A stretch of 64,000 nucleotides of DNA from the NCBI GenBank assembly GCA_016217925.1, contig JACRFK010000003.1, positions 8,364-72,363 on the forward strand, written 5' to 3'. The first letter of the stretch is position 1, and every line of letters begins with the position of its first letter. Positions 9,411-18,722 of the stretch are shown in pieces. The stretch is from Candidatus Kaiserbacteria bacterium. GTDB taxonomy: Bacteria; Patescibacteriota; Minisyncoccia; Phycocordibacterales; UBA2100. The translations under genes and the position numbers were made by a program. The notes under the pieces were generated by a model that had not been told where the DNA came from, ran no database searches, and was given only the letters and a program-made list of their open reading frames with translations.

Positions 9411-11843
9411 GTGAAAAGAGCCCACCGCCAAAAAAAGACGGACGCTCACAAAAAGCTGGTTATTCGAATGGAAGAAGCGGGAATGGACGATATCGCCCTG
9501 GTCGGCGGCAAAAATGCCAGCCTCGGTGAGATGCTCTCCGCGCTCACGAAAAAAGGCATTCGCGTGCCTTCGGGTTTTATCATTACGACCGATGCCTATC
9601 GTGAATTCATCCGCGGGGCGGGACTCGAAGACCTTATCCGCTTCAATCTCGCGCACTTGAAACGGCACGACATTCATGCGCTCGAACATGCAAGTCAGGT
9701 CATCAGGGAAGCAATAGAGGGTGCGCCTCTGCCCAAAGAACTCGAGCATCAGGTCGCCGAGGCGTATGTCTCGATGGAGAAACAGTACGGCAAGCACATC
9801 GACGTCGCCATCCGCTCCTCGGCGACTGCCGAAGATTTGCCGGGCGCATCATTCGCCGGCCAACAAGACACATACCTCGGCGTGCGCGGGCGCGATCATG
9901 TGTTCAAGGCGGTGCGTTCATGTTTCGGGTCGCTCTTTACCGCACGCGCGATTTCATACCGTCACGACAAAGGCTTCGACCACATGGATGTCGCGCTTTC
10001 GGTCGCTATCCAGCGGATGGTCCGTAGCGACTTGGGCGCTTCGGGCGTCGCTTTCACGCTCGACACCGAAACGGGCTTCCGTGACGTCGTCCTCATCACT
10101 GGTACGTGGGGTCTCGGCGAACTCCTCGTGCAGGGACAGGTTGTGCCGGATGAATTTCTCGTCGCAAAGAAAATGCTGGGTCACGCGCCGCTCCCCATCA
10201 TCGGCAAACGCCGCGGCAAAAAAGATATCAAAATGGTATACGCCAAGCGCGGACACGCAGGTCCGCTCCAGGTCGTGAAGAATAAGAAGGAAGACCGGCG
10301 CCGCTTCGTCTTGAACGACAAACAAATTATCGAACTCGCAAAAGCGGCCGTACTCATCGAAAAGCACTACACCAAGATACGCGGCACTCCTTCACCCATG
10401 GACGTGGAGTGGGCGCTCGACGGCCGCACCAATGAGCTCTTCATCCTGCAAGCTCGCCCCGAGACCGTGCAGGTGAGCCGCGACACCGAGAAAATTAAGG
10501 AGTACATCCGCCGCGAAGAGGGCACCCCTATCGTGCGCGGGCTCTCGGTGGGCAACAAGATCGTGACCGGTACGGTGCGCATCATCAACGACGTCCGCGA
10601 CATGCAGGCGCTTTTGCCGGGCGAAGTCTTGGTCACCGAGATGACTGACCCGGACTGGGAACCTATCATGAAAAAAGCCGCCGCCATCGTCACCGAAAAG
10701 GGCGGCCGTACCTCGCACGCCGCGATCGTCTCCCGCGAGCTCGGGCTCACCGCCATCGTGGGGGCCGAAAAAGCGACACAGATACTGCACACCGGTCAGC
10801 TCGTCACGATTGATACGACCTCGTCGGAAGGACTCGTCTTTGACGGCGTCTTGGGTTTCAGCGTGCGCGAGACGGAACTCGGTGCGCTTCCCAAAACCAA
10901 GACCAAGATAGCGATGAACATCGCCACCCCCGACACCGCATTTGAAAAATCATTCTTACCCAACGACGGTGTGGGGCTTGCCCGCGAGGAATTCATTATC
11001 GCCGGCTCGGTGGGCGTGCACCCGCTTGCGCTTATCCACTACGACGAGCTCCCGGAGAATATGCAGCTCCAAGTCCGTAAGAAAACGCGCGGCTGGGACG
11101 ACAGGCTCGAATACTACGTGGACAATCTCGCCTTCGGCATCGCGAAGATCGCGACGGCTTTCTATCCGAAAAAAGTCATCGTCCGCTTTTCCGATTTCAA
11201 GAGCAACGAATACCGCTCGCTCCTGGGCGGTGAGCGCTTTGAGCCGGTCGAAGAAAATCCGATGCTCGGCTGGCGCGGCGCTTCCCGCTACTACGACCCC
11301 AAATTCAAGCAGGCATTTCTCCTCGAGTGCCGCGCGATGCGCAAAGTCCGCGAGACGATGGGGCTGCGCAACGTCATCCCGATGGTGCCTTTCTGCCGCA
11401 CGCTTGAAGAGGGGAGGAATGTGCTCGAAGTGATGGCCGAAGGCGGCCTCAAGCGGGGGAAGAACGGACTCAAGGTCATCGTCATGTGCGAGATTCCCTC
11501 CAACGCGATTTTGGCCGAAGAGTTTCTCAAGATTTTCGACGGCATGTCTATCGGTTCCAACGACCTCACTCAGCTCACGCTCGGCCTCGACCGTGATTCC
11601 GGTATCGTGAATCGTGTAGCCGATGAGAACGACCCGGCGGTGAAAAAGCTCATTGCGGATGTCATCAAAGTCTGTCTGAAGAGTAAAAAGTATGTCGGCA
11701 TTTGCGGCCAGGGTCCGTCCGATCACCCTTCGTTCGCGAAATTCCTCGTGGAGCAGGGGATCGAGAGCATGTCGCTCAATCCGGATTCCATCATCAAAAC
11801 AAAAATAGCCGTCGCCAAGGTGGAGAAGGGGATGAGAAAATGA
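9411..11843 (+). CDS. ppsA: Phosphoenolpyruvate synthase (pyruvate, water dikinase)
   Basis: 810 aa; ...LVGGKNASLGEM... N-terminus, ...GGRTSHAAIVSRELG... phosphohistidine motif and C-terminal PEP-utilising domain. The start is more likely the internal ATG at 9468 (MEEAGMDD...). Confidence 0.9.
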   Translation: MKRAHRQKKTDAHKKLVIRMEEAGMDDIALVGGKNASLGEMLSALTKKGIRVPSGFIITTDAYREFIRGAGLEDLIRFNLAHLKRHDIHALEHASQVIREAIEGAPLPKELEHQVAEAYVSMEKQYGKHIDVAIRSSATAEDLPGASFAGQQDTYLGVRGRDHVFKAVRSCFGSLFTARAISYRHDKGFDHMDVALSVAIQRMVRSDLGASGVAFTLDTETGFRDVVLITGTWGLGELLVQGQVVPDEFLVAKKMLGHAPLPIIGKRRGKKDIKMVYAKRGHAGPLQVVKNKKEDRRRFVLNDKQIIELAKAAVLIEKHYTKIRGTPSPMDVEWALDGRTNELFILQARPETVQVSRDTEKIKEYIRREEGTPIVRGLSVGNKIVTGTVRIINDVRDMQALLPGEVLVTEMTDPDWEPIMKKAAAIVTEKGGRTSHAAIVSRELGLTAIVGAEKATQILHTGQLVTIDTTSSEGLVFDGVLGFSVRETELGALPKTKTKIAMNIATPDTAFEKSFLPNDGVGLAREEFIIAGSVGVHPLALIHYDELPENMQLQVRKKTRGWDDRLEYYVDNLAFGIAKIATAFYPKKVIVRFSDFKSNEYRSLLGGERFEPVEENPMLGWRGASRYYDPKFKQAFLLECRAMRKVRETMGLRNVIPMVPFCRTLEEGRNVLEVMAEGGLKRGKNGLKVIVMCEIPSNAILAEEFLKIFDGMSIGSNDLTQLTLGLDRDSGIVNRVADENDPAVKKLIADVIKVCLKSKKYVGICGQGPSDHPSFAKFLVEQGIESMSLNPDSIIKTKIAVAKVEKGMRK

Positions 11844-11906
11844 GGATAATTCCGACCGTTCAATGAACGCTTCCTCTATATACAGAAGCTTGTGATGCGT
11901 ACTCTG

Positions 11907-11978
11907 CTCCCCGGGTAGGATTCGAACCTACGACCAACTCGTTAACAGCGAGCTGCGCTACCGCTGCGCTACCGGGGA
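11907..11978 (-). tRNA. tRNA-Asn (anticodon GTT)
   Basis: Manual cloverleaf: acceptor TCCCCGG/CCGGGGA, D-arm GCGC-AGCGGTA-GCGC, anticodon loop CTGTTAA, T-arm GTAGG-TTCGAAT-CCTAC, discriminator G. CCA is not encoded. Confidence 0.8.
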
Positions 11979-12199
11979 GCACAATACACATCAAATATCG
12001 CGCTGCTCGTCAGGAGTATATCCGATATTCGGCTCGGATAGAAGAGGCAAACCCAAGGCCAGGCTCGCGCATCATGATGTACAATGAAGCCATGAATAAT
12101 GAAGAAACAGGCGCGGAGGTGAAGGGGACTGAGAGATGCGGACATTGGAATTGTCGGCACCATCGCGGCGGGTCTGTTGTGCATGCGGGAGGAGGCGCC

Positions 12200-12343
12200 A
12201 TGTACGGTCTCGGCCTTATCGGAGCCGCGGTATATTTTATTCAACAAGCGGACACATTCTCCTCAGGAGCGATTGGTCTTCTGAAGGCGCTCGTGTGGCC
12301 CGCATTTTTCGTCTATAAGCTGTTCGGCTTTTTGGGGATGTAA
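12200..12343 (+). CDS. Small hydrophobic peptide (two predicted TM segments), hypothetical
   Basis: ORF 12074-12343; the plausible product starts at the internal Met (MYGLGLIGAAVYFIQQ...FFVYKLFGFLGM). Weak evidence. Confidence 0.3.
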   Translation: MYGLGLIGAAVYFIQQADTFSSGAIGLLKALVWPAFFVYKLFGFLGM

Positions 12344-12751
12344 AAGACGTCATTTTCCCCTGTTGTCACTTAAGCAGAGCGACAAGCTGACCGATTTCTC
12401 GCAGATGTTCCTGGACGGCAGTCTGGTCGCGGAACGTTTTGGAGAAAGTGGCTAATCAGGGGAGAGCCGCGAGTACGGACTCTCTTGTCGGATTGTGAAA
12501 ATCACCCTTCGTTTCTTTGAATGACTGCTCCACAATCTTGGTGCAGTAATCTCTCTCCGCTTGTTCATAGCCGCCGGTCAGGCCCAGGTGGTCCCGGTGA
12601 GCATTGAGGAAGCACTCAATTATGGCGTCGCGCACCATCTGCGGAGTGACTTCCTTGTCCGTATCAACCTCCTACGGACGAGTATCTAAACGCTGGCCGG
12701 GTTATGCAGGGCGCACATTCTCCCCGGCCCGTGGCCTGCTATAATCCACAT

Positions 12752-12928
12752 ATGAAGCACTACATTTGCACAGGCGGGTGCGAAGGTGAGTCGAAGGTGC
12801 CGGGGTCGTGTGAGGCGATCGCGTGCCCGAAGAACGGAAAGCCGCTCTCGGAATGCGACTGTGGTGATGGAAAACACAAGCCGCAGACCAAGACCCCGTT
12901 GAGACCAGAAGAACGCGAGTCGGAGTAG
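12752..12928 (+). CDS. Small cysteine-rich protein (7 Cys; possible metal-binding), hypothetical
   Basis: MKHYICTGGCEGESKVPGSCEAIACPKNGKPLSECDCGDGKH...; strong GC3 codon bias in this frame. TATAAT at 12740-12745 ends only 6 nt before the ATG, suggesting a leaderless transcript. Confidence 0.5.
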   Translation: MKHYICTGGCEGESKVPGSCEAIACPKNGKPLSECDCGDGKHKPQTKTPLRPEERESE

Positions 12929-12966
12929 ACGTCGCTGTTTCAATCCAAAACAGCAGCCAAAGTTGC

Positions 12967-13236
12967 CTACGCCCCGCGGTGGAGCCAATTCCAAAGGTAA
13001 GCGAACGCGTACCCGAATACGCACCCCATGAGGAAGGTCATGATGATTAGGGTAATCGCTGCGGTAACTTCGAACGGCCCGATGATAATGGGGAGATGTA
13101 TCATGTGCGCCCACAGAACGAAGTCATAGAGCGTCTGCGCCCAGCCGCTCAAGACCAATACCGACCAGACAGCATGCAATCCGCCGATAAACAAACCGAC
13201 TGTAAGAGCCGTTCTACTGACGCTAAGTGTGTTCAT
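12967..13236 (-). CDS. Small integral membrane protein (3 TM), hypothetical
   Basis: 89 aa, strongly hydrophobic (...LFIGGLHAVWSVLVLSGW..., ...ITLIIMTFLMGCVFGYAFAY...). Confidence 0.5.
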   Translation of the reverse strand: MNTLSVSRTALTVGLFIGGLHAVWSVLVLSGWAQTLYDFVLWAHMIHLPIIIGPFEVTAAITLIIMTFLMGCVFGYAFAYLWNWLHRGA

Positions 13237-13545
13237 AGTATTTTGATCGTTTAACTCGCACGAGGTTGGATACTATTAATAATCCTTCGCCTTCAGGACT
13301 TTATGATAGGGGGCGTCGACCTACGGCAATTATCTGCCCGAATGCGGTGGCTGACAATGGGCCCATCCCAATGTACTCATCTCATACAGAACCTTGACAA
13401 GGTATTACCCGCATGATAATCTTCCCGTATCAACCAGCGCTGATCCAGAGAAGGGGGATCGACCTACAACTCCAGCTAACTGACATTGATACCAACAGAA
13501 GACACACATCTTTGTCGGTTTATCCATCGAATAATTCTAATTGCT

Positions 13546-13749
13546 ATGCAAACAGGAACTATCGCCCGTCTCACCGATAAGGGTTTCGGGTTTATCTCTC
13601 GCGAGGGTCAGGAAAAGGATCTCTTTTTCCACTCCAACGAGCTCGTCGGGGTTTCCTTCGACGAACTTCGCGAAGGTGACAAGTTGACTTTCGAAGTCGC
13701 TGACAGCCCGAAGGGGCCGAACGCGGTCAAGGTCTCCCGCGTCTCCTAA
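13546..13749 (+). CDS. cspA: Cold-shock protein (CspA family)
   Basis: MQTGTIARLTDKGFGFISREGQEKDLFFHSNEL... (RNP1/RNP2 motifs); preceded by a ~300-nt untranslated leader. Confidence 0.9.
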   Translation: MQTGTIARLTDKGFGFISREGQEKDLFFHSNELVGVSFDELREGDKLTFEVADSPKGPNAVKVSRVS

Positions 13750-13766
13750 GCCGTAAAAGGCTCAAC

Positions 13767-13801
13767 AAAACGCCCCCGCCTATAGGCGGGGGCGTTTTGT
13801 G
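13767..13801 (+). terminator. Rho-independent terminator downstream of cspA
   Basis: AAAACGCCCCCGCC-TATAG-GCGGGGGCGTTTT: perfect 13-14 bp GC-rich stem followed by a T-tract. Confidence 0.8.
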
Positions 13802-13834
13802 TTATCAAAATATGCAACATGGTAGAATGGGCCC

Positions 13835-14452
13835 ATGCGGAACGCCTACGCGCTCCTCGGTCTCGCGTGGCTCATTATTATCGTCGCGGGAGCGTACGCA
13901 TTTAATCGCAACTTCACGCGTACCGACAATACTGGTCGGGAGGAGGTCACTCGTTCGCAGACACTCGCTTCTATGGCAACTTCAACGCTTACCCTTACAA
14001 GCCCAGCATTCGCGCACAACGGTTCCATACCGTCGCGATTCACCTGTGACGGGGACCGAACAATAAGTCCGGAGCTATCCCTCAGCAGCGTGCCGGAAGG
14101 TACGAAATCGCTCGCGCTCATCATGGACGATCCCGACGTGCCCAAGGCGCTGAAGCCCGACGGGGTCTTCGACCACTGGATACTTTTCAATGTTCCCGCG
14201 GATACAAAATCGATACAAGAGGGCGCATCAGCCGGCACCGTCGGAACGAACGGAGCAGGGAAGAACGCTTACACAGGGCCCTGCCCGCCGCCGCAATATG
14301 AGCCGTCGGAACACCGCTACGTCTTCAAGCTCTATGCGCTCGATAGCGAGCTCGCGCTTCAGGCGGATGCGACGAAAGCCGACGTCGAGCGCGCGATGGA
14401 AGGACATATCATCGCGCAGACGGAATTGGTCGGGAGGTACAAACGGAAGTAA
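13835..14452 (+). CDS. YbhB/YbcL-family PEBP (Raf-kinase-inhibitor-like) protein with signal peptide/TM
   Basis: ...FTCDGDRTISPELSLSSVPEGTKSLALIMDDPDVP...DHWILFNVP... PEBP signature. Confidence 0.8.
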   Translation: MRNAYALLGLAWLIIIVAGAYAFNRNFTRTDNTGREEVTRSQTLASMATSTLTLTSPAFAHNGSIPSRFTCDGDRTISPELSLSSVPEGTKSLALIMDDPDVPKALKPDGVFDHWILFNVPADTKSIQEGASAGTVGTNGAGKNAYTGPCPPPQYEPSEHRYVFKLYALDSELALQADATKADVERAMEGHIIAQTELVGRYKRK

Positions 14453-14456
14453 TGCC

Positions 14457-14690
14457 ATGACAGACGCGAAGTTAGTCCGTGTAAAAGTATGGCCGGATGC
14501 GGGCGAAGAATCGGTAGAAGAGGGGAAAAAAGGAGGATTGGAAATATTCGTGCGGGAGCCGCCGCTGCACAATCGCGCGAATAAACGAGTGTGTGCTCTC
14601 GTCGCGCGGCATTATAAAGTCAGGGCGGAAGATGTCCGCATCGTTTCCGGTCATCGAACTCGCGGAAAGATAGTGAGTGTGCGACAATAA
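14457..14690 (+). CDS. DUF167 (YggU/UPF0235) family protein
   Basis: MTDAKLVRVKVWPDAGEESV...LEIFVREPPLHNRANKRVCALVARHYKV...VRIVSGHRTRGKIV matches the DUF167 pattern. Confidence 0.7.
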   Translation: MTDAKLVRVKVWPDAGEESVEEGKKGGLEIFVREPPLHNRANKRVCALVARHYKVRAEDVRIVSGHRTRGKIVSVRQ

Positions 14691-14695
14691 AGGGT

Positions 14696-15064
14696 ATGGA
14701 TATCCGAATAAAGGCAACGAATTTCGAAATGACCGAGGACACGCGAGGCTACCTTGATGAGCGTCTCGATTCTCTCGAAAAACTCCTTGGTGACGATGCG
14801 GCACTTACGCGCTGCGAGGTGGAGCTTGGCCGCGATGCCGGCCGCCCGCGGCACGGCGCGAATATGTGGTTCGCCGAGATACGCATACTTTCTCCCGGCG
14901 GCATCCCCGTGAACGCGCGCAACAACGCTCCTTCGGTGAATGCCGCGATTGATGACGTGAAAGAAGAAGTCGAGCGCCAGCTTGGCCGCGAGAAGAAGTT
15001 GCACATCCGCGTCCTGCGCAAGACCGGCGCTGCCATTAAGAATTGGATGAAATTCGGTCACTAA
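14696..15064 (+). CDS. hpf: Ribosome hibernation promoting factor (HPF/RaiA family)
   Basis: MDIRIKATNFEMTEDTRGYLDERLDSLEKLL... N-terminal fold of YfiA/HPF. Confidence 0.8.
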   Translation: MDIRIKATNFEMTEDTRGYLDERLDSLEKLLGDDAALTRCEVELGRDAGRPRHGANMWFAEIRILSPGGIPVNARNNAPSVNAAIDDVKEEVERQLGREKKLHIRVLRKTGAAIKNWMKFGH

Positions 15065-15255
15065 ATTGTCCAAAAGAAAGGCCCGCCGAGCAGGCCGTGA
15101 ATGTTTTGCATGATGGCGCCTTCATGCTCTGCAAACACTCCACTCACTTGTCTCGGCGGGGGCGAGGATTTGGACCTCTGCCGTGAATTGCCGGCTACGC
15201 GATACGGTCGGATGCCAGCATCACGAAGCCACAATGGATGGAATCGGCGGAAACG

Positions 15256-16119
15256 TCAATGGGGTATGGCTCCCGAGCGCAAAAACTCTTCGTACGGCAT
15301 TTCCTTCTTTCCTTCGGGTTTTACCGTGTCGAGGATGAGTTTGGTGCCCTCTATGTGCGCGTCGAGGATGCCGACGCGGATTTTCTTACCTCCGCGTTCG
15401 AAGAATGAGTGCGTGCCGACGGTTGTATCGAACGCGCGTATCTTCAGAAGGTTCTGATAGGCGTCGGCGCTCAGGTCGAGACGGCCGTCCTCTTTCGTAT
15501 ACTTAGGGCACATGGTCGCGACGTCGTGATTTTGAGGGCGCGCCTCAATATCACCTCTTAGCCAGCTCGGTAGTATTTCGATAAGTAGTTTCGCGCTCTC
15601 TTGCGTTGCCCTATCTTCAAGCTCACTCGCCTTGGGAGGCCACTGCGGCACACTGATGCGCTTTTGCGCGACGAGCGGCCCATGGTCGATTTTTTCGTCT
15701 AGGAGGATGATGGAAGTACCAACCTCTTTATCGTTGTTTGCAATAGCCGCACGCACGGGTGAGGTACCGCGCCATCGCGGAAGGAGCGAGAAGTGGATAT
15801 TCAGGACACCGTGCTCGGGGATATCAAGAATTTCCCGCGGCAGCACCTTGCCGTAGTAAATAACGACAAACACGTCTGAGGCCGCGGCGCGAAGCGCCGC
15901 GGCTTCCTTCTCGCCGAATTCCTCTGGCTGTATCACAGAAATGCCGCGCGCTTGCGCCCAATCTTTCACCGGCGGAGCAGAGACCTCCATTCCGCGTCCG
16001 CGCACCGTGTCGGGGGTCGTAATGATAAGCGAAGGCACGAGCCCGCTTTTTTCCAGGAGGTCGAGAAAGTCACACGCACGTGCGGGTGTGCCAAAAAACA
16101 CGAAGCGGGCGTCACTCAT
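15256..16119 (-). CDS. fmt: Methionyl-tRNA formyltransferase
   Basis: ...GVLNIHFSLLPRWRGTSPV... (HxSLLPxxRG) motif; start taken at MSDARFVFFGTP. Immediately downstream of def on the same strand. Confidence 0.9.
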   Translation of the reverse strand: MSDARFVFFGTPARACDFLDLLEKSGLVPSLIITTPDTVRGRGMEVSAPPVKDWAQARGISVIQPEEFGEKEAAALRAAASDVFVVIYYGKVLPREILDIPEHGVLNIHFSLLPRWRGTSPVRAAIANNDKEVGTSIILLDEKIDHGPLVAQKRISVPQWPPKASELEDRATQESAKLLIEILPSWLRGDIEARPQNHDVATMCPKYTKEDGRLDLSADAYQNLLKIRAFDTTVGTHSFFERGGKKIRVGILDAHIEGTKLILDTVKPEGKKEMPYEEFLRSGAIPH

Positions 16120-16717
16120 GCGCTTCCGGTTCTTCCGGCTTTTCGTCATACACGTTTGTTGCTTTGTCGGTATATAAAATACCGTCGAGATGATCCATCT
16201 CGTGCTGGAAGACGTGTGCGAGAAATCCCGATGCGCCGCGAGTGAATTGCTCGCCGTTCTCGTTGTGCGCCCTCAGCATGACCTTTTCGGCGCGTGGCAC
16301 GACACCCCATTTGCCTCGAATAGAAAGGCAGCCCTCGTGTTTTTCTTTCTTCATGCGCGATATTTTGAGCAGGACGGGATTGATGTACACCTGGTCTGGC
16401 ATCGCCGGTCGCTCGTCTTTTTTCTCAGGTTCATCCGGCGAGTTACGGGAATCGCGCGCAAGCGCCCTCCCGGAGACAATAAAGAGGCGCACGGGCTCTC
16501 CCACTTGGGAGGCCGCGAGGGCTACGCCGTACTTTTCTTTCGAGAGGAGCGCTTTCATCTCGGCAATAAGCTTTTTGATGTGTTTGCCCGTGATGTCGGA
16601 TATCGGTACCTCACGCGCGATCCCCCGCAGGGCGGGATTCGAATCAGCGGGAAGAATAGTTCGCACCCCGTTAGAGGCGCTACCGCTCCGGATTTCGTAG
16701 CTTAGTTTTTTGTTCAT
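16112..16717 (-). CDS. def: Peptide deformylase
   Basis: GVALAASQVG, EGCLSI and HEMDHLDG motifs; its 3' end overlaps the fmt start by 8 nt. Confidence 0.9.
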   Translation of the reverse strand: MNKKLSYEIRSGSASNGVRTILPADSNPALRGIAREVPISDITGKHIKKLIAEMKALLSKEKYGVALAASQVGEPVRLFIVSGRALARDSRNSPDEPEKKDERPAMPDQVYINPVLLKISRMKKEKHEGCLSIRGKWGVVPRAEKVMLRAHNENGEQFTRGASGFLAHVFQHEMDHLDGILYTDKATNVYDEKPEEPEAHE

Positions 16718-16859
16718 ATTCTTACGGAAGATGTTGCACCGACGAAGGGTTCGTTAGCTCTCTAACGGGGCGCATGAGTAAAATATACCCCGTGAGATAC
16801 TGTATTCCAACACTTCCTGCACAGTCTGTCTTGTTATCTCACGGGGCAGGTCGGAAAGC

Positions 16860-17180
16860 ATGCCCCGCACCAAGCTTTGCTTTGGTGTCGGGGTGTACAA
16901 TAACGCCATGAAGCACATCGGTTCCCACCTCAAACGTTCGATAAAAGATGCGCGTATCACGGAGCGCGGAGAGTTCATGGAATACTTTTGCGAGAAACTC
17001 AACCGGGACCGAGAGCGGGACGGATACTCGAAAATAACCTTGGCGCGCATGGGGAAGACCCTCGAGAAGATACCGACCAAAGACCTCTACTACCTGAAAA
17101 AAGTGTGCGACGACGCGGGCAATTTCTCAAAGAAATTTTGGTGGGAAATCAATCCCAAGAAGCACGAAAAAGAAGCTTGA
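16860..17180 (+). CDS. Hypothetical basic protein
   Basis: 106-aa ORF with good GC3 bias; the overlapping antisense ORF 16754-17080 has poorer codon usage. The start could be an internal Met. Confidence 0.4.
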   Translation: MPRTKLCFGVGVYNNAMKHIGSHLKRSIKDARITERGEFMEYFCEKLNRDRERDGYSKITLARMGKTLEKIPTKDLYYLKKVCDDAGNFSKKFWWEINPKKHEKEA

Positions 17181-17216
17181 AAGGCCCGATTTGGAACTTT
17201 CCCGTGTTGCAGTACA

Positions 17217-18245
17217 ATGCCCGAACCTATGGCATTCTCATTTTCTCCGAAACTCGGCATCGATCTCGGCACGACGACCGTGCTCGTCTTCGTGCCGGGC
17301 AAGGGAATCGTCCTCAATGAGCCGTCCGTCGTCGCTGTGTCCGTGAAGGACAACAAGATCCTCGCCGTAGGCAACAACGCCAAAGAAATGGTCGGCCGAA
17401 CGCCCGGAGAGATCATCGCGTATCGTCCGATGAAAGACGGCGTCATCGCGGATTACCGTGTGACCGAAGCGATGTTGCGATACTACATCAAGAAATCGCT
17501 CGGCAAGTGGAACCTCTTCAAACCGGAGGTCATGATAAGCGTACCGGCAGGGGTCACATCGACGGAGCGAAGAGCTGTCGTCGAAGCGGCGACCAAAGCG
17601 GGCGCGCGCGAAGCGTATGTGGTCAAAGAGCCGATCTTGGCGGCGATAGGCGCGGGCATCCCGATACACGAGGCGCGCGGGCACATGGTCGTGGACATCG
17701 GAGGCGGCACGACCGATGTCGCGGTCATTTCGCTCGGCGGCATCGTTGCGTCAACTTCCGTGAAGTGCGCCGGAAACGCGATTGACCGCGCCATTGCCGA
17801 CTACATCAAGAAAACGTCCAATCTGGGCATCGGAGAAAAGATGGCGGAAGAGGTAAAAATACAGATAGGCTCGGCGGTGCCCGTAGACGATGAGCTCACC
17901 ATGATGGTGAAAGGCAGGGACCATCTCACCGGGTTGCCGCGCTCCATAGAAGTCGGTACCAACGAAGTCGTGCGTGCGATAGGAAAAGAATTGCGCACGA
18001 TAATCAACGCCATGAAAGATGTACTGCAGGAAACCCCGCCGGAGTTGGCCGCCGATATTATCGACAACGGCATCATCATGACAGGCGGCTCATCGCTGTT
18101 GCGTAATCTGCCCGAGCTCGTCTTCCGCCGCACGGGAGTGAAAGCGCGCGTCGCCAAAGATGCGCCCTACTGTGTGGCAAAGGGGACAGGCGAAGCCCTG
18201 AAGCACCTGGAAGCGTACAAAAAAGCAATTATTTCGAAACGTTGA
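17217..18245 (+). CDS. mreB: Actin-like rod-shape protein, MreB paralog (Mbl-like)
   Basis: ...GIDLGTTTVLVFVPGKGIVLNEPSVVA..., ...VVDIGGGTTDVAVIS... actin/Hsp70 fold motifs. A second, canonical mreB lies at 23754. Confidence 0.85.
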   Translation: MPEPMAFSFSPKLGIDLGTTTVLVFVPGKGIVLNEPSVVAVSVKDNKILAVGNNAKEMVGRTPGEIIAYRPMKDGVIADYRVTEAMLRYYIKKSLGKWNLFKPEVMISVPAGVTSTERRAVVEAATKAGAREAYVVKEPILAAIGAGIPIHEARGHMVVDIGGGTTDVAVISLGGIVASTSVKCAGNAIDRAIADYIKKTSNLGIGEKMAEEVKIQIGSAVPVDDELTMMVKGRDHLTGLPRSIEVGTNEVVRAIGKELRTIINAMKDVLQETPPELAADIIDNGIIMTGGSSLLRNLPELVFRRTGVKARVAKDAPYCVAKGTGEALKHLEAYKKAIISKR

Positions 18246-18317
18246 CTCTAGTCGTTTGAAGTGTTACTTTGCCACTCGGCAACATCCTTTCGACGTTAAC
18301 GAGGACGGAGAGCGACC

Positions 18318-18599
18318 ATGGATGAAAAACGCAGGAATGAAATCGCTTTTTTGCTTGACTTGCACGACCTCTTGTCGAGTAAAACAGAGAGGCCGTCTAC
18401 TGAAGTAAATACCGGTATCAAATACGCGGCGATAACGATGATGAAAGCAACTCTGGAGCTAGAGGAGAAAGCTAAGGAAGTCGCGAGCCATCTTCAGCGT
18501 TTGCTTAGCGATAAAGCGCCCTCAGAGGCAGAGGTCGAAGAATACATTCGCACATTGGCCAATGAAGGCATGGCTGATGAGGGACCGTTTCGCGCCTAA
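18318..18599 (+). CDS. Hypothetical protein
   Basis: 93-aa ORF with no recognisable motif. Confidence 0.35.
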   Translation: MDEKRRNEIAFLLDLHDLLSSKTERPSTEVNTGIKYAAITMMKATLELEEKAKEVASHLQRLLSDKAPSEAEVEEYIRTLANEGMADEGPFRA

Positions 18600-18722
18600 C
18601 CGCCAGTCACTGCCGTTGCTCACTGAGAATCTCGAGCCGAATCAAACTATGCCCGATGGAGTCGCCCGATACTGCGGCGGCTATGTCGGGCGATTCTTTT
18701 GCTACTCCGGCTGCTGGAAAAC

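Noticed and set aside
9954-11726. Long antisense ORFs inside ppsA (e.g. 10956-11726 -, 10367-10792 -) and similar shadow ORFs inside frr (20661-21212 -), glpX (28231-29274 -), mreB (23852-24523 -), atpA (50983-51684 -) and many others in the six-frame track
   Set aside because: At ~60% GC, stop codons are rare on non-coding frames. These ORFs overlap well-supported genes on the opposite strand or in another frame, lack GC3 codon bias and have Arg/Ala/Pro-rich nonsense composition.
12120-12343. Frameshifted membrane-protein gene combining frames around 12136-12343
   Set aside because: The alternative hydrophobic frame (IGIVGTIAAGLLCM) has no start codon and is preceded by an in-frame stop. 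Only the short C-terminal ORF from 12200 is retained, with low confidence.
13311-13471. Possible tmRNA, because of the GGGGGCGTCGACC... start resembling a tmRNA 5' end
   Set aside because: No tRNA-like T-arm (GGTTCGAnTCC) or 3' acceptor complement, and no tag-reading-frame features. Better explained as the csp leader.
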